Shown here in pieces: positions 54,171 through 64,000 of a DNA stretch of 64,000 nucleotides (the first letter of the stretch is position 1; every line of letters begins with the position of its first letter). The notes under the pieces are model-generated. The model was not told where the DNA came from. It did not search any database and was given only the letters and a program-made list of their open reading frames with translations. The stretch is from Lama glama (lineage: Eukaryota). The translations under genes were made by a program, and so were the position numbers. Location: NCBI GenBank assembly GCA_028534125.1, contig CM052816.1, forward strand, positions 28,832,001 to 28,896,000, in the 5' to 3' direction.

Positions 54171-56679
54171 ATCACATGTTTGGAAAGACAAATCTGCAAT
54201 TTGTGTACAGAATGGATGAGGAGGTGAGTTATAAAGGGTAGTGATGGACAGCATATGGAGTCAGAGCATCAACCAGCACATTGCTACTGAGAAACTATCT
54301 AAACAGTGTATAAGTACAACCTTGAAGGATATAAACCACCATCTAATGTGAAGTTATAAAACAGAGGAAGAGAGAGATCCTATTTGGTTTGCACTCTGCA
54401 CTACCAGATTGTCTAATTGCTTCAATTTCCTCGTATCCCCAGGAGATCACTTATAATTGTCTGATGTGTCTCCCAATTTACTTTCTACTGAATAGCTTTA
54501 AACCTTTTTGTTATACTCTTCACCTACCCTCTGGCTTCTCTGGAAAATGCAGTGTAAAAGCAGTCAGTCTCATTGCCATCTTTTACTTACAAAAATTTTT
54601 TCACTTCCACCAGCAATGCAATATCCAGTATTTGGCATGCTGCCACCTCGTTTATCCTTTTCTGCTTGAATGTTCAATTCTTTCTTTAAAAAAATTAATA
54701 TTCATTGGGCAATATGGAGATTTGAAGAAGCAAATGATCTGACAAGGGCAAAAACACTGTTATGAATGGTATTTATAAGCCTATATAGGTATGAATAGCC
54801 AGCAAAATAAACTCAGATAATAAAGAATATGAATATTCTATTCTGCTTTCTATTGCTAAATAAATTTCTTTTAAAATCTATGATCATAGTTGTGTCCAGA
54901 TCCTACATGTCTGTTGTCAGTCCACTGAGTTGCAATACACAGAACACCAGTCAAACAGAACACATGAAGTTCTCTATAATCAAAGAGGAATAAGACCTCT
55001 GAAATCACTGCTTACTGATTTATCCAATAACCTGGATCACATGTCTACACTCTGGCACAATCAAGCCATTTTTCTCTGGAAACAGTTCCACATACGTCTG
55101 AATACAGTGTCCTGAAACAAACGCATCTTTGATCAAAATCTGATTCATAGAAGAAATCAGATTTCACCATTAAGTTTATTGAGCACGTAATTTATGAGTG
55201 TAAACCAGAGCCAGTATTGGAGGGTGAAGCAAAATGGCTTTCAGTGACCAAAGATTAACAACCAGAGGTTAAAATACACAATAGTAACGTCACATTACCA
55301 TAAATTATAACATACATTTCTCAGTTGATAATACTAAAAATATGTGAGTGCTCACATATTTCTTTAAAGTAATACCTGCTATTCATTCTTTTTAATTAAA
55401 AAGGTTTTTCTTAATTTCATGACAAATGAGACCTAACTAAGCCCTCCTAGCTACTCTGGAATGTTAACTTCAAAGGAAGGCAAAAAATTCTTGGTGGGAA
55501 ATCCTCAGGTCTCTTGCTTCCTTATGTTTTATGCAACACAGTAATGCTAAAAAAAAAAAATCAACCTTAGGTTCATTGCTGAAGTGTCTGTTCCTGTTAT
55601 TTTTAAAAATAGAGGTCTCCTCTGTTTTTCTTTTATTTTTATTTTCCTGACAGCAGAAATAAGCTCTGAAAAAATTATAACAAGTATTAATTTTAAATAT
55701 GAATTCTCTTGAAAAATGGACTAACATAATTAATATACTTATTTCCTTTGCTATATAATTTTAAATATGTAGAAAATATATATTTTATAAGACTAATATA
55801 TTTTATTTAACATTTTATTCTAGGAATTGAAAGATATCATGTCCCAAGTTGCTGCACTGATAAATCTTTCTGTCAACAAATGTAAAACAGAAGATGTAGG
55901 ATAAAATGTGCCTTATGTAGCCACTTTTAGCTGTATCTTGTGTTGAAATACATCATTTTAAAAAAATAGTATGAATGACTACTATAGAGCTCAGTAAATT
56001 ATCAACAAGTTGACAAACCAAAGCTTTCATCAAGTTACTTTTTCCCAGCTTCAATTTAAAATACATAAAAATATACAGAATATACAAATTGAAAGCTTTT
56101 TATGCAAAAAAGGAATACCTATTTCTAAATATATAGCCCTAAGACTAAATATCTAACATTTACTGGAAGCCAAAGAAATACCTGTTGTTTTGTTTTTCCC
56201 TGTTGATAAAATAATGTATCTGCTTAGTTTTTATCATGAAAACAGCTGAAAGATAATTCATCAGAAAAACTAAATACTTACTAAGCCAAACTAATTCTGT
56301 GCACAAATATATTGATTCTTCTAGGACAAAGTCCCAGAATGGCTAAACGTTACTGAAGTTCTTCACATTGTCTATGTTTAAACACAAATACCTACTGATC
56401 CAAACCATGTCCCATCAGAATTCACAAACCATTTCACTGCAACAACTGCAAAGTAAAATGGAAGAGCAAAATCATCCTTGTGGTTCTCATTCTGTGTTTG
56501 TGATCATTGTTTTTAAACTCCTACCTCAGCACCTCTGCTCCAAACCCACTCCTCAGATGCTGCTGTCTCAACACCTCAACATTGATTTTTCTACACTTTT
56601 TCCTTTGACCAAGTTCTCGGCCATCAAAGGGTCAGGGATTTTAAACCACTTTACCATCCACACGCCTGCTCTGCCAGAA

Positions 56680-56845
56680 AACCTAATGGGGTAGCTGCTA
56701 AAATTAAGCCACTTTACCAGATTAGGAATCTGAAGCAAAGTCAAATTTGACACAGAACCCAGAGTCACAAACTTGTAAGTGGCTCCACGAGGGTTGGACC
56801 CATGACAATTACTTTCCAGAAACTTGGTTTTTGTCACCTTCAAAA
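56680..56845 (-). mobile_element. MIR SINE (left member of the inverted pair)
   Basis: The reverse complement reads tgggtccaaccctcgtggagccacttacaagtttgtgactctggg. Confidence 0.8.
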
Positions 56846-57604
56846 TAATCAGATCTTGATTTTCAAAAAAGTACTAAGTTGAGTAAGAGACCTCAGATAC
56901 ATAACTATCAGATACGTGATCATTTTTACATGGAAAATAAAAAATATTTCAGTAGCAGGATAATCTACTTTATACAGAAAATAAGCAAACATGAAGTTCT
57001 TGTAGCAATTGAGTGAGTGAGGTTTCACCGATAAATAAAATTATTTCAAATTGTTCAGATTTATTTTGAGTCAGCTTTGGAAGCATTAAAAAATCATGAA
57101 ATATGCAAGCCCTGTGCTAGCCCAGCTGCTTAATTTTCCCAGATTATTTATAAATCACTTTTGTTCAATAAGTAAAATTACCTTCCCTGCTAAATTTGAA
57201 TTACCAGACACTTGCAAAATATTTCTGAAACCAGCAACTGTTTTCTCATTTGCTACTTGGCGTAACTTCAAAAACTTATTTAACACTGGTAGCAACGTCT
57301 CTGAGATTTGATCAAGCATGTTTTAGTGATTTGTTTCCCCACTATAGCAGTGTCTGATTTCCAGCAGACAGCATTTCTGCAAATAAGCTTCCCAAGTGTG
57401 AAGTGTCTAGATCACAGAGTCATGACAGATGTGCCCAGGCCCAGGGAGCACGAAGTGGTTAAAATGGCAGAGCCCTCAGCAGCTGCAGTCAACAGCGATA
57501 CGTGATATGGTAGAAGAAATAACCTTAGAGACATTCCTCTGATTAATGGGCTGAGAGAAACCGAAGTAGCTGTTCTCTTCCTGCCAAAAGTCCGAGTGGT
57601 CTAA

Positions 57605-57750
57605 TACTCGTGATCAAACTTTGATAATCACCAGAATCACCTGGGCAGCATTCTACATCTAGAGATTCCTGGGCTCCATGCCCAGCAATTTTGTTCAGTA
57701 GCCTCGAGACCAGAAATCTGTATTTTTTATGAAGTTCCCCAGTTAGGAAA
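57605..57750. mobile_element. MER5-type hAT MITE
   Basis: tcaaacttt...ccagaatcacctggg...agattcctgggctccatgccca...aatctgtatttttt. Confidence 0.75.
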
Positions 57751-58384
57751 CTTTCTCCAATTCCCTGGTGAGGCAAGAGTTGAATAAATGATAGAACCAC
57801 ACTAAAGTTGTGTATAAACACCAACTGTATTTGATATATCTACTTCTATATATTGTACATACATATATACATGCATGAATATTTGTATATTTATATATAT
57901 ATGTGTAGTTACAAATATGTATATTTATGTATAAATTTACTGATCTTGACTATAGTTCATTTAATTATGTGCCCAGAAGTAATTTTTTAACTCCCACTTC
58001 TGGTTGTCTTTACAATGTTCATGCAAAGAAACAATCCAGATAGTCTTATACAGAAATGTCTGAATTCAGTGGGCCTAACTGATTGATATTCTAACCCAAA
58101 ACTAAGTGAATCGTAATTAACCACCCTTACAGATAGGGTAGAAACAAGGTCTACTGGAATTTTTTCTTTATTTGATGTGATATGTGACAAAAGAAGAATC
58201 TAAGCTGTGACAATATGGAAAACAACTGATCTAACTCTTCTCTCCTTCCCCCTGTTCCTCACTGTTCCTTCTAAGGAAAGCACATGCATTCCCAAGCAAC
58301 TGCATTAGGCCATTTTACAAAGAAAAAAGAGCCAGCACTTTTTTATCTTCCAGATTCATTAGGGTAAGTGCCATAGCATCTAGG

Positions 58385-58570
58385 AAGAGGCTGTGTGGAC
58401 TGGTGGTAAGTGCACATACTATAGAGCCTTAGTACCTGGGTCCAACCCTAGTGGTGTCACTTACAAGTTTGTGACTTTGGGCTACCTATATGTCTTTGAT
58501 TCAAGTTCCTAATCTGGGAAAATCGGTTTCATTTTAACACGTACTTCATTAGGTTAGCATGAGTATCAGT
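58385..58570 (+). mobile_element. MIR SINE (right member of the inverted pair)
   Basis: cctgggtccaaccctagtggtgtcacttacaagtttgtgactttggg...ttcctaatctgg. Confidence 0.8.
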
Positions 58571-58584
58571 GATTGCTACGTTAT

Positions 58585-59294
58585 TACTCAAAGAGAGGTC
58601 AGCAGACCAGCAGCACTGGCATTACTCAGAGTTTCTTAGAAACGCAGAATCTCAGGCCCCATCCCAGGATCAGTATTTTTAGTAAAATTTTCACATGTGT
58701 CATCTGATAGTTTTTTTAACTGAAGGATAGTTGATAGACAATATTAGATAAGTAACAAGTGTACAATATAGTGATTTACAATTTTTAAATGTTATACTCC
58801 ATTTATAGTTACTACAAAATAGTGGCTATATTTCCTGCATTGTACAGTATATCCTTGTAGCTTATTTTATACCCAAACCTCTTAATCCCCTACCCCTATT
58901 CTACACCTCTCCCCTTCCCTCTCCTCACTGGTAACCACTAGTTTGTTCTCTCTATCTGTGAGTCTACTTTTTTGTTATATTCACTCTTTTATTTTTTTAG
59001 GTTGCACATATATAAGTGATACCATACAGTATTTGTCTTTCTCTGGCTTATTCCACCAAGCATAATGATCTCCAAGTCCATTCATGTTGCTGCAAATAGC
59101 AAAATCTCATTCTTTTCTATGGCTTAGTAATATTTCATTATATATATACATATACCACGTTTTCTTTATCCATTAATCTGTTGATGGACACTTAGGTTGC
59201 TTCTATATCTTGGCAATTGTAAATAATGCTGCTATAAGCATTGGGGTACATGTGTCTTTTCAAATTAGGGGCATGTAACAGTTTGAGAAGCACT
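58585..59294. mobile_element. MER5A interrupted by an L1 insertion
   Basis: tactcaaagagaggtc...gaccagcagcactggcattac...ttagaaacgcagaatctcaggcccca, resuming after the L1 as agtttgagaagcact. Confidence 0.8.
58711..59267 (-). mobile_element. L1 3' end, cetartiodactyl type
   Basis: tttttttaactgaaggatagttgat...actggtaaccactagtttgttctctctatctgtgagtct...gatggacacttaggttgcttc. Confidence 0.92.
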
Positions 59295-60234
59295 AATTTA
59301 AGATGTGAAAGTTTTTGTATTGTAAATTCTTTATACATTTTCTATTATTACTTAGTTTAAACTTAAACATTAAATAACTATGGCTAAGGACTAAAAACTC
59401 TACAGATATGTATATAGACTTGATACAAGCAGTGTCCAGTCAAGTCTGTGGGTGACAAATCAGGAGGAGACGGAGACCAGTTCAGACCAGAGGAGAATGA
59501 GCATGCTGGTACCAAACTAAGACCCGAAGATGAAGATATCAGAAGAACAGAAACATATCTCTGATAAGTTTCCCTCACAACTGTCTCTCTGGTGAGGGAG
59601 ACAGAAAAGTCAATGAAGAATCATACTGAAGTAAAGGTTTAAAAATGCGCACATGCAGAACAGAGACAGGACAAGAAAAGGGGTGGTCAACCCTGCCCAG
59701 GGGGTCAGAGAATGCTCCCCCAAAGGACACCAATCTGAACTGGGTTTTGAAGAAGACATATGGACAAGGAAGAACACATTCTGAGCTTTGAGACTCTCAA
59801 GTGCAAATACACGGCTGTTGGGGGAAGCAGAGGTAGTGCGTGATTGCTGAATTTCAGAGTCCCTACACGTTGCCTGTGGAGAGCAGTGTCTCTCCATTTA
59901 AAAAGAGTAAAAGGAGAAGAGCTGTTAAAAAGCTGCTAAAACTTCTGGCCTGTCTCTCTGAGAGCAGTTCTGCTGCTTGGGGTAAGCCCAGGAATCAGCC
60001 TGTATACAGCTCTCCGCTATTCTGATACACTGGACAGAACGTGATGTCAGCAAGTGGCTTGATTATGAAAAGTTTTATATTCCTTTCTGACAATCATAAA
60101 CTGTGTCCAAGACCAAATGAGCAGCCACTGAAGGGTTTAACTAGTGCAGTGAAGTAATGAACACCTTTTTTCCCAGTGGGTAACTCTGGGGGAACTGTGG
60201 TAACGGCTGAGGTGAATCTGATTATAAACAGACA

Positions 60235-60435
60235 GTTTAGGGTACTGGCCCTAGAGCCTGTATTCCAGATGCACTGTGCAGCTTTGTACAAGTCACTTCA
60301 ATTCTCTGTGCCTCAGTGTGCTCATCTCTGAAATAGGATGGATGATCAGGCAGCTGTAAAGATTGTAAAGCACTTAAAATATTGCTTAACTTGTAGTATG
60401 TGTATAGTAACAATAAAACTTTAATCATTATCATC
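60235..60435 (+). mobile_element. MIR SINE
   Basis: caagtcacttcaattctctgtgcctcagtgtgctcatctctgaaatagg...tgtaaagcactta. Confidence 0.8.
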
Positions 60436-61589
60436 AATACGTGACACCAGAATGCACACAGCAGAACTCCAAGAACAAAGCATCTAGTTCTACAAAGAAT
60501 TCCATAAGGATCTATTTAAAAATCATGTTAACAATCTATGCCTTATGTACAGATAAATTCATATTTATTTCAAAATCTCTCAGGACCCTTTAATAAAGGG
60601 GAAATATTTGCCTATCCAGGTCTTCATTTGCATTGTGAGGCATCTAATGAGAGAGTGACTCAGTGATGTAACATCTAATCAGAAAGATGAATGCTCGGCT
60701 ACTAGAGCTACAATACTTAGAAGATCTCCTGGAGCCAAATGTGTTCTTACTCAAACCAGAGTCACTGAAACAATGCACAGACTCCTGAGTTAGCCCAAGA
60801 GATGAGCAGAGAAAAGTTTGAAACACTTTAGTACAGTTATCCTGGCACACAGAATTCAATCCCTCTCTTCTTAAAAATAATCTAATACAAGAATAGGTTA
60901 GATAAGTCCTGGCTCACTCTAACAACAGATGCATAATCTAGGAATTCACAGTCTGTACATTCATTCTTTTTTGGCATCCTGCATTAACATCCTACTGTTG
61001 AAAGGCAGGGAGGCTTGGCAGATTTTAAACACTTCAGTGATTGGCATGTCCGTTCTTTAATTAGCTATACTATCAATCATCTTCACCACTAATGATCGAC
61101 ATATTATCAAAAATATATTTCAACGAACTTATTTTCCAGTGGTTATATATCTGAAACTAAAACACATTAATAGACCAATATGTGTCTCTTGACAGCTCTC
61201 ATTTGAAACAAATACACAATAAGAAATGACTAAAACTATGAAAATACAAACATGTTAATTGAAGATGACATTTAATGATTTAATTCAGGCCTTTTCAATG
61301 ACACAATTTATTCTGGATTTACTGCTTTTTCTGGAGACTGAACAAAAGGTGAGTATCTGTGTATTCTGTAGAGCCAGTATTCCAGGAACTAAAAAAACTT
61401 GAAAGAGAAAAATACAAAATGATGTTGTTTGGATAACATCCAGATTGAAAATTCAACGGTTTTTAAATTGTTTTCAGTGTTGATGATATCCACATAGGTA
61501 TACTCCTTTCAAATAAGAAAGTTTTAAAACAGGAGTTGAATGAATTCAATACAATTATGGCCTATCCGATCTTCTCAGCCTTGCGAGGC

Positions 61590-61910
61590 TGTTAAGCCCT
61601 GCTCTCCGCTCCTCTCTGCTGAGTAACTCCACCTTGTTCTTCAGAGCTCAAGTCTAAGATTACCTCCTCAGGTGAGCTTTCCCTGCCCTCCAGAACTAGG
61701 TCAAATCCTCTATTATAGATCTTTCTCACATAAAGTATTTCTCTCTTCTAGCATTTGTCTATTTGTCATTGTACAGGGTGTGTATGTATGTATATGTGTC
61801 TAATGTCTGTCTCTTCTGTGGTTCCATGAAGGTAAAACTGGATTTCCTGGGGGGCTAGGTTCAGTGCCTACCACACTCAAGACATCTAAATACTGGTTGA
61901 ATAAATGAAC
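61590..61910 (+). mobile_element. L2 3' relic
   Basis: cttcagagctcaagtctaagattacctcctcaggtgagctttccctg...aaatactggttgaataaatgaa. Confidence 0.7.
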
Positions 61911-62139
61911 ACATTTTTGAAAAATAACAACCGCCACACCTCTTTAGAATCAAATGCCAAGTGGTAACAAGTGCTCTGAAGCCAAACTCATCAACTCAAT
62001 TGTTTCAACAGCCTTAGCAACTCCGACTTTACCCACTTGAGGCCACACCACACCAGCCTACTCCTCCTCTCCTAATCCTCCCCACCATGTTTCTTCTTCT
62101 CCCCATAACTAACATCTAGGTGAGTATATCTTATGTATA

Positions 62140-62330
62140 TCTTATATCTTATGTTTCAAAGCATTGTGCAAATGTTTTAGCTTCACTGCTTTACTTAACC
62201 CCGACTACAGCCCTGCAGGTTAGGCAGAGTCCAATCCCCACTTTACAGGTGAGGAAACTAAGGTTCCAATAAGCTAAATAACTTGCCTTACAGGAAGGTA
62301 GGCATTGTTTAACCTATTGTCTCTTACCCC
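62140..62330 (-). mobile_element. MIR SINE
   Basis: atccccactttacaggtgaggaaactaaggt...aataacttgcc. Confidence 0.75.
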
Positions 62331-64000
62331 AAACCTGCCCTCCCAAACTTCGCTCTGTAATACTAGACTAACAGATGGCAAATGATATTTTTTTTCTTTC
62401 TATAGGTTCTGTCAGAATCAGTTTAACAAAGCACTTATTATGAACTAAACCACAGAAAGAGTACCCATCATGCACTATGGTAGGATATTATCTGTACTTT
62501 CATCAACAACATCATTATGAAGGATCAAAACACAGTGTAGAGACATCACTGCTTATGTGCATTGACTTTTCTTGGGGTATTTCTACACGAATGCACTATT
62601 AAGCATCTAATTTAATTTTAAATAAAATATTTATTTAGAGAGAGAGAATTCAAATTAACAATACTTATCTAGTATATGATTTAAACTAATCATGCCCAAA
62701 TCATTTGGAGCTTTTGACACTGTTTCTATTCCTGGAAGCAGAATTTGGCATAAGTGTAGTCACACCAAAAGTGAATTCCTAATAGAGAAGACAAAAATAC
62801 ACTACTATAAATGTTAATAGATATGAAAACTTAAGATTCCAAAATGTAGATATTTGATTTAGGTGATGCTGAAATCCATTTCCCTGGAAATAAGTAATGT
62901 AGCATTAAAACATCAAAATCTGGATTTCTCTAGAACTGTTTACCACTTAGGACTTTAATGAAGATTTTTGAAAAGAAAAAATTTAACATGCATAGACCAG
63001 TTGATTTTTGGAAAGAAGGTACTATGGAGGCCTTTGGTATGCATGTGAGGAAGTAGGTCTCAGGGAAATGAAATGGTTATATTATTTGATTAAATATCAA
63101 ACTCAACCAGTCATTATATATATGACCATTCAAGTAATTTCAAAGCATAAGTATCTTCTCTGATCTGTCATATGTCTGATACTATCAATTAGATACTACT
63201 TTATTTACCCTTCCTTAAACAGTAGCAAAAGTTAATAGGTCCCTTTACTATTTCAGCATGTGTTGAACAAAAGAAATAAATATATACTTTTTCCTGGATG
63301 CTCAGTTTACAGAAAGATTCATCAATATGTTACACTAAAATGTCCTCACTGCATTTGAATTTTTCCAAAGCCAACATGGCAATAGGAAATGGTGAGCAAT
63401 TTCTCCAGAGAACACCCCATTTCCGTTCCATTGCAGTGTCATATGATAAATTGCCCAAAAGGAGCCACCTATCATTTCAAACATTAACTATCTTTAGAAA
63501 TGGAAGGAAAAATAATCTCCTAAGTTCACAAGGACATTATTCATATTCTCCTTTTTGGTTTTACATTTCACAAAAGTAAGTTCACTTTGGCTTTTAGTTT
63601 AAGATCTCAGATGTAATCACTCCCAATTTCTATTGCCCAGTTTCTACGACTGCAACCTTGACTACAGCCAACTTATTGAAGGGGAATAATACTCTGTAAA
63701 AGTTCCTCAAATAAAAAGCAGCAGGAAGAACCTTGCCTCGATCATACCAAACAATAAATTGACTCAGCCAAATTCCTGAAATTACAGATGGGAATGTACT
63801 TACACACACACAGTAACATACAATCACACAGTCATACAGGAAACAACTGTCAACGTAGTCAAAATTGTTAGTTGGATATGTCTGAGTACAAACTAGAGAA
63901 AATAAATGTCTATGAGGTGTAGGCTCTTTGCTGTCCTTCCTACAGGCAATAATCAAGCATAAGAATGATCATATTTTCATTTCCATCAACCTGGAAATGA

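Overview
AT-rich mammalian genomic DNA, probably camelid (inferred from a tRNA-derived SINE that looks like camelid Vic-1 and from cetartiodactyl-type L1 3' UTRs). I cannot support any host protein-coding gene, RNA gene or CpG island, so the window reads as intergenic or deep intronic. It holds truncated L1 copies (two with clear TSDs), old L1M/L2/MIR relics, ERV1, ERVL and MaLR LTRs, Tigger/hAT MITEs, microsatellites and one 500-N assembly gap. The ORF-track entries I can interpret are L1 ORF2 debris, antisense L1 frames or gap artefacts; the rest look like chance ORFs. I found no convincing novel biological system. The best oddities are an inverted MIR pair that shares non-consensus bases, two SINEs bracketed by three copies of one target site, a chain of four perfect palindromes, and a let-7g-like 16-mer in a hairpin inside a candidate exon. 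Repeat family names come from my recollection of consensus sequences, not from a database search. Boundaries of old repeats are approximate.
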